Counted from the stretch's first letter, positions 1-11,270 are shown. The stretch: 64,000 nt of DNA from Flavobacteriales bacterium (GCA_040377305.1 JBEIPA010000011.1:1-64000), one strand, 5' to 3'. Numbers and translations are program-made. Notes: a model not told the origin generated them from the letters alone.

Positions 1-55
1 GCCGTGCTCGCCGTGTCTCCGTGGTAAAGCCTGAGCAATGCGAATCAAGTAGGTA

Positions 56-2221
56 TTATTCTGTGATCCTGACGCCAATAACGCAAACGTCATCGACCTG
101 GTCATGTTCACCTTTCCACGCCGTGAACGTCTTCTCCAGTTCCGCTTTCTGCTCCGCAACCGGCATCGTCGAAATCTTCTCCAGCAACCGTGCGAAATTC
201 TTAAACATCATTTTCTTCCCGCTCTTCCCACCGAACTGATCCGCAAATCCATCCGTGAACAGATAAAGCATATCGCCCTTCTTCACATTCACCACCTTCT
301 CACTGAATTTCGTTTTCACGATGCCCGGATAATTTCCGCCAATCGCAAAATGATCACCCTGCGTTTTTTGTGCAACTCCATCGCGCACTAAAATCAACGG
401 ACGATTTGCACCGGCGAACTGCACATAGCCTTCTTCATAGTGCCAAACGATCAGTCCGATATCCATTCCGTCATTCGCAGTCGATTCACCTTTTCTATTG
501 GTGAACACTTCGGAAATTTTCGAGTCTACAATGTCTAATGTTGTTGACGGGCTCTGCACACGCGGATCTTTCACCGCCACGTTCAGCATTTCGTTTCCGA
601 CAACGCTCATGAACGCACCCGGAACACCATGACCCGTGCAATCGGCAACAGCACAAAGTCGAACTCCGTTTGCACTTCCGAACCAGAAGAAATCTCCGCT
701 CACAATATCTTTTGGCTGAAAGAAAATGAAACACTCGCTGAATATATCGTGAATGTTTTCCTGGGAAGGAAGAATCGCTTCCTGCAGATAACGTGCGTAG
801 TGAATACTATCCGTAATGTCTTTGTTCTTCTGTATGACGAGTTGTTCTGCGCGTTTCCGTTCGGTAATATCCGTATCGATGATGATTAACTTGAACAACT
901 TGCCCTGCTCATCGAAAATAGGAGTGAGCGTCGATGACTCCCACACCGAAGAACCATCTTCCAGAAAATTCTCAGCTTCGTAACGAACCGTTTTCTTTCC
1001 TGCAACGCACGCGCTGATGATGGTGCGAATGTTCGGATTGTTGCTCACATCGTAAATCGTGTTGCCGTACTTCGCTTTGAATTCGGCAAGCGTAAGACTA
1101 TTCAAAACTTCAAAGCTGCGATTCACCCATTCTATCGTTCCGTCGGCAGAAAGTATGAGAATGGAATTTTCAGTTTCACGCGCAACAATAGAAAGTCGTT
1201 CGAGCTCTTCGTTGTTCACTTCCAGAGCGTGACGCATACTTTCCAGTTCTTTATTCTCGAGGCGATAAACTTCTTTCTCGCTCGTTGCTTTATCCACTTC
1301 CGCCTGCATCAGCATGGTTTGCGTCATGAGTTGCTGATCGTATTGTTCGAGTTCCCGCTGACGATCTGCATGTTTGCGCAAATAGCTCATTGCTGTTTTG
1401 TAGTCGCCCGAACTTTCGTAAGATTCAGTGAGATCATTCAGCAGTTTGACAATCACCGCAAGTTCACCCATTTCTTCTGCGTGATTCAGTGCCGTTTCGA
1501 AAAAACGAATGGCGCGCGGAAAATCTTTTTGCGTGTAAAAATACCGTCCGTAACTCCGATTCACCTCCGCCATTCCGCGCAAGTGGTGAATAGAAGATGC
1601 TTTGACGAGCGATTGCTGAAAATGTTTCAGGCCTTCATCGTCATCATTCAGCAGCAAACAAACGTTGCCCAGATTGTTGTACAGATCGGCAAGTCCAAGT
1701 GTATCGTCGATTTTTTCGAGCACAACTTTCGCCTGCATCATCGTCTGCCGCGCTTCTGCATACTTGCCCATTTTCTGCAGCACAAATCCAATGTTACCGA
1801 GATTGTAGCCCGTCGACAATTCATCATTGAGCTTTCGTGAAATCTCAAGCGCACGCTCGTAACATTTGATCGCCGCTTCGAACAGATTCTGGGAATGATA
1901 CACGTTGCCCACATTGCGCAGCGTCGAAGCAATTGCGTAATCATCTTTCACCGACTCAAAATAGTCCAGTGCTTTCTCGAGATCAATCAGCGCCTGATTG
2001 TATTTCGAAAGCAAATAATAAGCGGTTCCTGAATTCCGGTACGAGTAAGCAACACCTTCTTCGAAATTTATTTTCAGAGAAAGATCACGCGCCTTCAACG
2101 CAAGCTCCAACGAATCGCCCGGATACGAACGACGCATCTCCCACGAAGCTGAAATCAGCTCGCGAACCTGTTGTTTCTCATCGACGAGGTTGCTGATGGA
2201 GTGGAGAGAAGTGCGGGACAT
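56..2221 (-). CDS. TPR-repeat / PAS / SpoIIE (PP2C-type) phosphatase sensor
   Basis: N-terminal TPR helices; PAS-like segment (ILILSADGTIEWVNRSF...DITERK); PP2C motifs VSGDFF, ADCTGHGVPGA, DGMD, TDGFADQFGG, DDVCV. Confidence 0.9.
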   Translation of the reverse strand: MSRTSLHSISNLVDEKQQVRELISASWEMRRSYPGDSLELALKARDLSLKINFEEGVAYSYRNSGTAYYLLSKYNQALIDLEKALDYFESVKDDYAIASTLRNVGNVYHSQNLFEAAIKCYERALEISRKLNDELSTGYNLGNIGFVLQKMGKYAEARQTMMQAKVVLEKIDDTLGLADLYNNLGNVCLLLNDDDEGLKHFQQSLVKASSIHHLRGMAEVNRSYGRYFYTQKDFPRAIRFFETALNHAEEMGELAVIVKLLNDLTESYESSGDYKTAMSYLRKHADRQRELEQYDQQLMTQTMLMQAEVDKATSEKEVYRLENKELESMRHALEVNNEELERLSIVARETENSILILSADGTIEWVNRSFEVLNSLTLAEFKAKYGNTIYDVSNNPNIRTIISACVAGKKTVRYEAENFLEDGSSVWESSTLTPIFDEQGKLFKLIIIDTDITERKRAEQLVIQKNKDITDSIHYARYLQEAILPSQENIHDIFSECFIFFQPKDIVSGDFFWFGSANGVRLCAVADCTGHGVPGAFMSVVGNEMLNVAVKDPRVQSPSTTLDIVDSKISEVFTNRKGESTANDGMDIGLIVWHYEEGYVQFAGANRPLILVRDGVAQKTQGDHFAIGGNYPGIVKTKFSEKVVNVKKGDMLYLFTDGFADQFGGKSGKKMMFKNFARLLEKISTMPVAEQKAELEKTFTAWKGEHDQVDDVCVIGVRITE

Positions 2222-2632
2222 AGTTTGCTGATTAAATATAGCGGAAAAAGAGGAATTCTAGATTGAAGAGGAGTTGGACTCATGCAAATTGCTCCGTTTG
2301 GGGAGGAATAACTTAGAACAAGTGGATTGCTCAAATCATTTAGTTTGTGTTATGCTTAAATCAAGGAATTTTAAGGGGTAAAAATTTATTTGCCATTCTC
2401 CTTGACTTTTGCTTTTTGAGATCGTAATGTTGTTGAGCTAATCCGATTCATCCCTGATTTGATTGTCGAGAAGAGTGAGAATGATTCAATTCCTAAATCT
2501 CGACTACCTAATCTCAAATGTCCACGTGTGGGGGAGCCACGCGAGCATGTTAGCAGTTTAATAAGGACGAAAAACTTGTCGTGGAAATGTATTGTCTGAA
2601 CTGAAAATAACTAAACCCTAAAACAAAAACCC

Positions 2633-5600
2633 ATGAAGAACAAATCTCCCATTGGTGTGATCAGAGGTTTTCTGATTGCAATTACATGTATGTTAGCAAA
2701 TGATCTGTTTGCACAGAATCCTTCAATCGAAGTGTTTGAAGACTGGAATTTGACATCCGGTACTCAGAACAATTTTCAACGATCAATTGTACGGAGCAAA
2801 ACGGTCGGTGGAGCTACTTATTATTACACCTGTGGATCCACAATAAACTCATCGGGCAATTATGACATTCTCGTTCAGAAGAAAAATGCTTCAGGCGTAG
2901 TTCTTTGGTCGCAAACATACAGCGGCGCAGGGAATGCACACGACTATGGAGCAGATGTGCAGGTTGCAAGTTCGGGAAGCGTTTACGTTTGCGGGACCTA
3001 CTACAAGGATGCTACCGATTCTAACAATGCAATTATCATTAAGTACAACGCATCCGGCACCCAACAGTGGGCGTATACCTACAATGGAGCGGGTTCTCGC
3101 CACGATGTACTTGCTGCTATGCAACTAAGCACTGCAGCTATTGTTGGCGTGGGCGCAACGTACAAAGGAAGTATGAATCTGTACGACATGCTTGCAGTAA
3201 GGGTAGACACGAATGGAAACCAGGTGTGGGCACAGACGTGGGATTATGCAAACATGAATGACGTGGCTGTGAACCTTTACAATAGTGGAACAAAGGTATA
3301 CATCGCTGGTGGTGCGCAGTCTGCAATTTCGACATACAAGTATGCGGTGTTCAATGTGAAATTTTCTGATGGATCGATACAAGGTTCAACGACCACCGGA
3401 GGAACTGCTTTCGGGTTTGATCAATTGACGGATATTCAATACGATTTGAATGGAAATATATATTTAACTGGCGGTGTAATTAATACTGGAACAGCTTACG
3501 ACATAAAAACAGTTAAGCTCGACACCGCTTTGAATATTCTTTGGTCTGCTACTTACGCCAGTTCGGGAGCATACAATGATGTTGGAACAGGACTTGTCAT
3601 TGATCAGGTGGGTAATGTGATTGTGACCGGATATCGAACGTCGGCAACAACCGGTAAAGATTACGTTACCATTAAATATAGCAGTGGAGGAACGCAAAGA
3701 TGGGTTTCAACGTTTGACGGAGGTATAAATGCAGACGATAGTGCTACCTGCGTTGTTGTGAGTCCTACAGACACGAACAAGATTTACATGAGTGGATTTA
3801 GTAACAATGGATCTTCGAAAGATTACATGACGGTGAAGTATGACGGGGCAGGGAATCAGAAATGGAATATCGGCTTTAACCATCTGCTCAACGGCGATGA
3901 CCGGGCAACTGCTATTGCTCTTGATTCAATTGGCGACATCGTAGTGTCAGGGCAAAATAAACTCAATGATTCGACATATGAATATACAACGGTGAAGTAT
4001 GTTGAGAAAAGTACGTTGCTCCCCGATGATACAATATCATATACAAGTAGTTCTTTTGTTTTTACTGAGAATAGAGGACAACTTTTGGGAACGGACACGT
4101 TGGAGCACCCAGAAATAAAATATTACTGTAATGCAGGAATTCCGTCAGTGTATTTCATGGATACTGCGGTCTCTTATGTATTTTTTAAGGCTGATACCAC
4201 AACAGCTAACGTTGATTCTTTATATCGAATAGACATGAAATTTGTCAATTCCAATCCTAATCTTCGTGTACGCGCACTCGAAGCGAGCGAGAACGTTTCG
4301 AACTACTATCTCGGTCATATTCCAGAGGGACGTTGCCGTGTCCAGAATTATGATCAACTAATTTCTACAGATGTGTGGAACAATGTGAGTATTCTATGGG
4401 GAAGCAACCTAAGAGGTTTGAAAACATATTTCATTTGTCAGCCAGGCGGAGGTGGAAATCCAGCCACACAAATCGATTTATTATTTGAAGACGCTGATAG
4501 CGTAAAGGTTGATGGAACCGGACAGTTGATAGTATATTCTCCATATGGAATGATGATACATCCTAAAGCAGCTATTTGGCAAATTGATGGAAGTGGAAAT
4601 TTTCAATCCTTAGGATGGCAACCTAATTATAACATTATAGGCACCAATGAAGTAAAGTTTACATCGTTCGGGTCATACAATACAGCATATCCATTAGTAA
4701 TCGCAATGGATTGGGGTAATGAACAGTTAAGTACAGTCGCTAACCCAATTTGGTCCACCTACCTAGGTAGTCCAGACACCGATTATGGATGGGACATTGA
4801 GTATAATAACGGAGAGGTATTTGCGCTGGGTAATACCTCCGCTTCTGCATTTCCTGTATACAACGGTTATGATGTTACGCACAACGGTTCTCATGACATA
4901 TATATTGGTTGTTTTGATTCTCAGCGTGTTAAGAAATGGGTCACATACTATGGGGGAAATTCTGACGACATGGGTTACGATCTCACATTCGTAAATTCGT
5001 ATGTGTTATGTACAGGTAATACTTCTAGTAATAACTTCCCTCTATTTTCTCCTGCTGGTTATTATGCAGAGGGCTCGCTCAGCTCTGTCACTACTGCGTA
5101 TATATTAATGCTTAATCCATTTAACGGTTATATGCAATGGGCAACTCGATTTGGACGAACACAAACACAAGCACGTGCGATTTTGGCAGATCCAATAGAC
5201 AATGATGTATTTTATCTGGCAGGTTATACTATTAATATTGCAGGAAACGTTTCATGTGGACCGCCAACTAACACTGGTTTACCATTGTGTGATCCTGGGA
5301 GTGGAGCATACTATGATGCAACACCCAACGGCGGACAGGACGGATTCATTGCGAGGTTCTCAAACATGGGTCAATTGACATGGAGTACTTTTTTTGGTGG
5401 CGCAGGGTTGGACGGAATTGTCGACTTGGCGGCTACGGCTAACGGCAGTCTCTATGCAGTGGGTTACACAGAATCAAGCAGTGGCTTTCCCGTGCAGACA
5501 CCAACAAGCGGTACTTATTATCAAAGCACTTTTTCAGGTGTTAGAGATGGATTTCTAGTCGAATTCAATTTATCTACACTTTCCAATGATTGGTGTACCT

Positions 5601-6616
5601 ACGTTGGAGGAGCATCAACTGACCAGATTACAAATGTGGACATCCTCCCGAATAATTCCCTTTACGTGGTCGGTCAAACAGCATCGATCGCAGATGCAAC
5701 AACATGTGGAACTCCGACAGGTGGAGGGTTTCCAACGTGCACCAATCTAACCTCATACTCGCAACCGCTGTTCGCTGGATTTTATGGGGACGCATTCATT
5801 CTAAAATTCAAGGCCCAAAATCTAGTGTGGGGTACATATTTAGGAGGTACGGGATCTGAGGGATTTCCTAATTATTTTGAGCCAGATCTTACTCATGATG
5901 CAAACGGCAACATCTATATTGCCCTTGCCACTACTAGTCCCGAAAATGTTGGTGGTACTCCAGCTATAACACAATTTAATGCTGGAATGAATTACAATCA
6001 AAATAACTGCGCCGATGTGAGCGTCAGTAATTATTATTCCGCAGAAAGTATAATTTACACATTCACTGCAAGCAATCAAATGTTATGGGGTAGCTATTTT
6101 GGTGGCATAGGTACTGCAAATGTTCCAACAGAAATTGGAGACATGCCCACTGCAATTGATTGTGCGGGCAACAATTTGATCATTACAGGCTTTTTACATA
6201 GTACATCACAATTTCCTGTAGTTGCTCCTATTCTGGGATCGTTTATTCAAGGACCCACGACTGTATATGCGGCGCCAGGCGGTGGAGATGTATTCATTAC
6301 CGAATTCGATATCTCACAAATTCCTAATTCAGTTCCCGACTCCGGAATCGTTTCAACAACATTTATTGTGAATGTTGCTCCAAATCCGGTCGGACATGGT
6401 TCCCTGTCGGTGACAGTTACTTCGGCTCAAATGGCTAAATTTGATCTGAAAATTTTTAACGTGATCGGTAACGTAGTTTACTCATCTGAAACTTTGCTCA
6501 GCGCAAATACAACGACAGAAATTTCTGTAGAAAACCTCGCTAATGGAATTTATTTCATTCAAGTAATTGATGAAAGTGGCATAAGCCAAACAGTAAAAAT
6601 CGCCATAGAAAAGTAG
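2633..6616 (+). CDS. Large T9SS-secreted beta-propeller (SBBP-like repeat) protein
   Basis: Signal peptide; repeated W-x-T-Y-x-G / D-x-x-G-N-I-Y blades; FTENRGQ domain; C-terminal T9SS CTD (PNP...FNVIG...GIYFIQV). Confidence 0.85.
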   Translation: MKNKSPIGVIRGFLIAITCMLANDLFAQNPSIEVFEDWNLTSGTQNNFQRSIVRSKTVGGATYYYTCGSTINSSGNYDILVQKKNASGVVLWSQTYSGAGNAHDYGADVQVASSGSVYVCGTYYKDATDSNNAIIIKYNASGTQQWAYTYNGAGSRHDVLAAMQLSTAAIVGVGATYKGSMNLYDMLAVRVDTNGNQVWAQTWDYANMNDVAVNLYNSGTKVYIAGGAQSAISTYKYAVFNVKFSDGSIQGSTTTGGTAFGFDQLTDIQYDLNGNIYLTGGVINTGTAYDIKTVKLDTALNILWSATYASSGAYNDVGTGLVIDQVGNVIVTGYRTSATTGKDYVTIKYSSGGTQRWVSTFDGGINADDSATCVVVSPTDTNKIYMSGFSNNGSSKDYMTVKYDGAGNQKWNIGFNHLLNGDDRATAIALDSIGDIVVSGQNKLNDSTYEYTTVKYVEKSTLLPDDTISYTSSSFVFTENRGQLLGTDTLEHPEIKYYCNAGIPSVYFMDTAVSYVFFKADTTTANVDSLYRIDMKFVNSNPNLRVRALEASENVSNYYLGHIPEGRCRVQNYDQLISTDVWNNVSILWGSNLRGLKTYFICQPGGGGNPATQIDLLFEDADSVKVDGTGQLIVYSPYGMMIHPKAAIWQIDGSGNFQSLGWQPNYNIIGTNEVKFTSFGSYNTAYPLVIAMDWGNEQLSTVANPIWSTYLGSPDTDYGWDIEYNNGEVFALGNTSASAFPVYNGYDVTHNGSHDIYIGCFDSQRVKKWVTYYGGNSDDMGYDLTFVNSYVLCTGNTSSNNFPLFSPAGYYAEGSLSSVTTAYILMLNPFNGYMQWATRFGRTQTQARAILADPIDNDVFYLAGYTINIAGNVSCGPPTNTGLPLCDPGSGAYYDATPNGGQDGFIARFSNMGQLTWSTFFGGAGLDGIVDLAATANGSLYAVGYTESSSGFPVQTPTSGTYYQSTFSGVRDGFLVEFNLSTLSNDWCTYVGGASTDQITNVDILPNNSLYVVGQTASIADATTCGTPTGGGFPTCTNLTSYSQPLFAGFYGDAFILKFKAQNLVWGTYLGGTGSEGFPNYFEPDLTHDANGNIYIALATTSPENVGGTPAITQFNAGMNYNQNNCADVSVSNYYSAESIIYTFTASNQMLWGSYFGGIGTANVPTEIGDMPTAIDCAGNNLIITGFLHSTSQFPVVAPILGSFIQGPTTVYAAPGGGDVFITEFDISQIPNSVPDSGIVSTTFIVNVAPNPVGHGSLSVTVTSAQMAKFDLKIFNVIGNVVYSSETLLSANTTTEISVENLANGIYFIQVIDESGISQTVKIAIEK

Positions 6617-6617
6617 A

Positions 6618-7994
6618 ATGAGATTAATCGGAATTGTGCTTTTTCTTCTTTTACTTCTACCTGCTCACGGGCAATACTGGCGCGCGGTCGGTAGCGGGTT
6701 AGACGGAGATGTCCGGACGCTTTATGGGGATACTATTTCAGGAAAATTATTCGCCGGAGGCTCATTCTGGAGCAGTGGGGCGGTGATTGTAAAAGGAATA
6801 TCTGCATGGGATCATTCGGGATGGGACAGTTTGGGAGGGGGCACTACACAGTGCTCTTCTCCCGGCTGCAATCCTGTCACAACAGTGGTGAAGTATAATA
6901 ATGAGTTATACGTTGGAGGAATGTTCTATGGAATGCAAAACACCAGCACGACAACGGGAATTGCAAAATGGAATGGGGCCTCCTGGCAGAGTGTTGGCGG
7001 TACAGATGGTTCCGTCTTTGATTTAGTAGAGTTTAATAACAACCTATACGCTGTAGGAATCTTTGATTCAATTGGCGGGATAGCAGCTTATAGTATCGCC
7101 AGATATGATGGTATCACTTGGTATCCTGTTGCGGACACAATTTTTAGGAATCGGTCACTTTCATGTGCGACGGTGTATCAGAATGAATTGTACGTCAGTG
7201 GCACGTTTCAACTTACCGCACAGGGTTTTCATTGTATTGCGCGTTATGACGAAGCAACTTGGTCTAGTGTCGGGGTTGGTAGTTTTTTTGGAGGGGCCTG
7301 TGGAATTAACACTATGGAAGTTTTCCAAAATGCGCTCGTGGTCGGAGGATATTTTTCACCTTCAATTGGTGGGCCGGCTGAAGGAATTGCACAATGGAAT
7401 GGATCAACATGGTCGGATGTCGGAGGTGGATTAACTGATACGCTGGGATTTCCCTCCAACGTTTTTGATTTCTGCATCTATGACAATAAACTTGTTGCAG
7501 GTGGAGCGTTCTGTTATGCTGGAGGTGTGCACGCATCGAATCTTGCACAGTGGAATGGAAATACGTGGTGCAGTTTTGGTTCACAGTTTAGCTCGGGCAT
7601 TACTGCATTGGAGTCGTTTGATGACACGTTGTATGTTGGGGGAGGATTCTGGAGCATTGATAGTGATACTTCTTTTCAATATGTTGCACAGTGGATAGGA
7701 GGAAGCTTTGTGGATACGTGTGGAAATACAAGCACTATTAAAGACGTTGGGAACATCTTAACAATCAAACATTTCCCCAACCCTGCAGACGCCTCACTCA
7801 CTTTCCAATTTTCCTCATCCATCCAAAAAACAATTCTCCTTTACGACTCCTTCGGTCGACTCATCCACACCGAACAAACTTCTTCTTCACAACACATCCT
7901 CAACGTCGAATCATTCGCAGAAGGAATTTATTTCTACACTATTGTTGAAGATGGAGAAGTGAAGGCGAACGGAAGGATTGTGGTGGTGCATTGA
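6618..7994 (+). CDS. T9SS-secreted beta-propeller protein (LYVGG...IAxWNGxxW repeats)
   Basis: Signal peptide; about 7 repeats of LYVGGxF...IAKWNG; CTD FPNPA...YDSFGR...GIYFY; 1-bp gap after the upstream gene. Confidence 0.85.
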   Translation: MRLIGIVLFLLLLLPAHGQYWRAVGSGLDGDVRTLYGDTISGKLFAGGSFWSSGAVIVKGISAWDHSGWDSLGGGTTQCSSPGCNPVTTVVKYNNELYVGGMFYGMQNTSTTTGIAKWNGASWQSVGGTDGSVFDLVEFNNNLYAVGIFDSIGGIAAYSIARYDGITWYPVADTIFRNRSLSCATVYQNELYVSGTFQLTAQGFHCIARYDEATWSSVGVGSFFGGACGINTMEVFQNALVVGGYFSPSIGGPAEGIAQWNGSTWSDVGGGLTDTLGFPSNVFDFCIYDNKLVAGGAFCYAGGVHASNLAQWNGNTWCSFGSQFSSGITALESFDDTLYVGGGFWSIDSDTSFQYVAQWIGGSFVDTCGNTSTIKDVGNILTIKHFPNPADASLTFQFSSSIQKTILLYDSFGRLIHTEQTSSSQHILNVESFAEGIYFYTIVEDGEVKANGRIVVVH

Positions 7995-8090
7995 GCAGTT
8001 ATTGAGATTTTGGGTGGCATGCTTCGTGGATTTTATTACTATATTACTTTATGATCAAAAGCAAGTCATCGAAAAAATTGTAGTCGAAAA

Positions 8091-9485
8091 GTGAGACTGA
8101 TTGCTTGTATAATATTTCTTACTCTTTCCCAATGCTGCCTCGCACAGCATTGGGATTCTTTGGGTACCCTGAATAGATGGCCAACCGTTTTATATGGTGA
8201 TTCAGTGAGCGACAAATTGTATATCGGAGGACAGTTCAGTCGTGTGAATGGGAATATTATCCGCGGAATTACCGCTTGGAATGGCTCGCAACTGGATTCG
8301 GTAGGGCATGGTTTTGATTATGATACAACGGTTAACTACTATCCGGGAAATATTCATGGCCTTATTAAAAGGGATAGTTGCATTTATGCAGTTGGAGCAT
8401 TTCTGCGGGCAGGTTATATTACGTGCGAGTTTATGTCCAGATGGAACGGTAGCACATGGGATTCCATTCCTGGCGGACAGCCCAATGGGGTCGTGCTTGA
8501 CATCGTTGAATTTAATAATGATCTATACATATGCGGCGTTTTTGATTCAGTTGGAGACGTAAGTGCGAGTGGCGTCGCTAGGTGGGATGGCATAGCATGG
8601 CATGCTATTGGTCCAAACTATCCTTTTGACAGCTCGGGTATTTTAAATGAAATAGAGTTCTATCGTGGCAATTTGTATTTAGGCGGAAATTTTTATGATC
8701 CACTAGGTAATTATTGCTATCTCGCGAAATGGAATGGGAGTACATGGTCATTTCTTACTTCAGATTTGCAGTGTGGTATTGGTGGCATAAACTCAATGAA
8801 AGTTTTTATTGACGAATTGTATGTCGGCGGACTGTTTATGCAATCCTCGATTAATGCTGGAACAGGAATAATTCGTTGGAACGATACCCTATGGAGAGAT
8901 GTTGGGGGAAGTTTGCAAATAGGAAATAACCAGAATCCAACGGTTAAAGACATGTGCACTCGCAACGGGAAACTTTACTGCGCAGGAAATTTTGAAATTG
9001 TTGGGGGAGTTTCAGCTAATGGATTGGCATCTTGGGATGGAACTCAGTGGTGCGGATATGGCACTGATTTTTTGTTCAATTCACTTCAATCAGGATCCAT
9101 GTGTCTCGCCTTTTTTAGAGATACGTTGTATGTTGGTGGTCAATTTGATCACGTGAATACTGTTTCCTCCCTCAGAATAGCACAATGGATCGGCGGAAAT
9201 TTCGTCGACACTTGCGGCTATCCAACCGATATCAACGAACACGTAGATAACACCATCTCTCTTTTCCCCAATCCTGCAGACGCCTCACTTACTTTCCAAT
9301 TTTCCTCATCCAATCAAAAGTCAATTCTCCTCTACGATTCCTTCGGTCGCCTCCTCCTCACAGAACAAACATCTACTTCACAACACATCCTCTCCGTTGA
9401 ATCATTCGCGGAAGGAATTTACTTCTATACTATTGTTGAAGAAGGAGAAGTCAAAGCGCATGGAAAATTTGTAGTAGCGCATTAG
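8091..9485 (+). CDS. T9SS-secreted beta-propeller protein, paralogue of 6618-7994 and 35640-37127
   Basis: Same repeat architecture; CTD nearly identical to that of 6618-7994. Confidence 0.85.
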   Translation: MRLIACIIFLTLSQCCLAQHWDSLGTLNRWPTVLYGDSVSDKLYIGGQFSRVNGNIIRGITAWNGSQLDSVGHGFDYDTTVNYYPGNIHGLIKRDSCIYAVGAFLRAGYITCEFMSRWNGSTWDSIPGGQPNGVVLDIVEFNNDLYICGVFDSVGDVSASGVARWDGIAWHAIGPNYPFDSSGILNEIEFYRGNLYLGGNFYDPLGNYCYLAKWNGSTWSFLTSDLQCGIGGINSMKVFIDELYVGGLFMQSSINAGTGIIRWNDTLWRDVGGSLQIGNNQNPTVKDMCTRNGKLYCAGNFEIVGGVSANGLASWDGTQWCGYGTDFLFNSLQSGSMCLAFFRDTLYVGGQFDHVNTVSSLRIAQWIGGNFVDTCGYPTDINEHVDNTISLFPNPADASLTFQFSSSNQKSILLYDSFGRLLLTEQTSTSQHILSVESFAEGIYFYTIVEEGEVKAHGKFVVAH

Positions 9486-9494
9486 CGCATGAAA

Positions 9495-11207
9495 TCACGA
9501 GTGCAGATCCTTCATATTCATCTGCGTACTCACCATCCCATTCCACACATTTTCCTCCAGCGCATAGCACGCGTCAAACTGTTGACCATTCTGCATCATC
9601 GGCAGAAACTCTCCCAGCCCAAATCCAATGCCGCTGAAATTCTTTTGTGTGGGTGGCTGAACCAAATTGCACTTCAGGTGATTTTCTCCAACGATTTTTG
9701 CCCAGCCGCGATCGGCGAGGCCTTTGGTGAGGAAAACGGGATTCATGTTTCCCGGACCGAATGGCTCCATGGCTTTGATGCCGCTGATGAGTTTGTCGTC
9801 GATTTCGTGGAGTGAAATTTCGAGATCGATTTCTGTGACTTGTGAAAGCTGTTCTTCGGTGATGCGCGCACACACGCATTCGTCAAAGCGCTTGATGAAG
9901 GCTTCTACGTTTTCCGGTTTCATGGTAAGTCCCGCTGCGTATTTGTGTCCGCCAAACTGAATGAGCAGATCACTGCAGGCTTCAATGGCGTCGTGTACAT
10001 CGAAACCGCGAACGCTGCGTGCAGAGCCGGAAACTTTTCCTTCGTTGCCGGTGAGGACAATTGTTGGGCGATACCAGCGCTCAATTAATCGCGAGGCCAC
10101 AATTCCGACAACACCTTTGTGCCAATCGGGATGATACACGACTGTCGATTTTCGCTGGAGAAACTCCTCATTGCCTTCGATCATAGAAATCGCATGCGTG
10201 GTAATCGTCTTGTCGAGGTCACGTCGCTCCAGGTTATTTTTGTTGAGCACTTTCGCAGTTTCATTCGCACGCTCTGCATCTTCAGAAATCAAAAGCTCCA
10301 CAGCACCTTTTCCGTGATCCACTCTTCCCGCAGCATTGATTCGCGGAGCAGCAGTGAAAACCAAATCGGTGATCGTGATTTTCTTTTTCAGTCCGGCAAC
10401 TTCGAACAGCGCTTTGAACGCAGGTCGTGGTGCGCGATTGATTTGCTCCAATCCGAACTTCGCGAGAATTCTGTTCTCTCCGGTGAGCGGAACAATATCA
10501 GCACCGATTGCAACTGCAACCAGATCGAGATACGGAATAATGTCTTCGAACTTTTCTCCGGCCAATTGCTGCAAAGCCTGAATCAGTTTGAAGCCCACTC
10601 CGCATCCGCATAATTCATCGTATGGATATTCGCAATCACTTCGCTTCGGATCGAGTACAGCAACCGCTTTCGGAAGTTCGCTTCCCGGTTTGTGGTGATC
10701 GCAGATGATGAAATCTATATTTCGTTCTTTCGCATACTCTACTTTGTCGGGCGATTTAATTCCGCAGTCGAGTGCGATGATGAGCGTGTAATTATTCGCT
10801 GCAGCATAATCTACACCGTCGAACGAAACGCCATAACCTTCTTTGTACCGGTCAGGAATGTAGTAACCGCAGTTACCACCTTGCGAGCGTAAGTACGAAT
10901 ACATGAGCGCAACGGCTGTTGTTCCGTCAACGTCGTAGTCGCCATACACCAAAATATTTTCTCCGTCGCCAAGCGCACGTCGCACACGTTCAACTGCTTT
11001 GTCCATGTCTTTCATCAAAAACGGATCATGCAATTGATCGAGTGAAGGATTGAAAAAGCGTTGTGCTGTTGCGAGGGAGTTTACTCCGCGTTGCAAAAGA
11101 AGTGTTGCGAGCGGAATCGGAATTTTAAGTTCGGCAGCTAAACGAAGAATGTCTGGATGCGAAGGGCGCGGCTTGATGAGCCAACGGGTAGACGGAAATG
11201 TTTTCAT
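9495..11207 (-). CDS. recJ: Single-stranded-DNA exonuclease RecJ
   Basis: YGDYDVDG, DHH, GVVGIVASRL, GSARS, GGHKYAAG and EPFGPGN motifs. ATG at 11207 preferred over the longer ORF-track start because a -7-like box (GAtcTTTG) lies at ~11243-11250 on the minus strand. Confidence 0.96.
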   Translation of the reverse strand: MKTFPSTRWLIKPRPSHPDILRLAAELKIPIPLATLLLQRGVNSLATAQRFFNPSLDQLHDPFLMKDMDKAVERVRRALGDGENILVYGDYDVDGTTAVALMYSYLRSQGGNCGYYIPDRYKEGYGVSFDGVDYAAANNYTLIIALDCGIKSPDKVEYAKERNIDFIICDHHKPGSELPKAVAVLDPKRSDCEYPYDELCGCGVGFKLIQALQQLAGEKFEDIIPYLDLVAVAIGADIVPLTGENRILAKFGLEQINRAPRPAFKALFEVAGLKKKITITDLVFTAAPRINAAGRVDHGKGAVELLISEDAERANETAKVLNKNNLERRDLDKTITTHAISMIEGNEEFLQRKSTVVYHPDWHKGVVGIVASRLIERWYRPTIVLTGNEGKVSGSARSVRGFDVHDAIEACSDLLIQFGGHKYAAGLTMKPENVEAFIKRFDECVCARITEEQLSQVTEIDLEISLHEIDDKLISGIKAMEPFGPGNMNPVFLTKGLADRGWAKIVGENHLKCNLVQPPTQKNFSGIGFGLGEFLPMMQNGQQFDACYALEENVWNGMVSTQMNMKDLHS

Positions 11208-11270
11208 AGAGAGGCTTACATATAGATTATAGATATACTTCTGCAAAGATCGGAATGTAAACCGACTTTT

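Noticed and set aside
7772-9485. DGR template/variable repeat pair
   Set aside because: Mismatches are not adenine-specific, both copies are coding, and no reverse transcriptase is present
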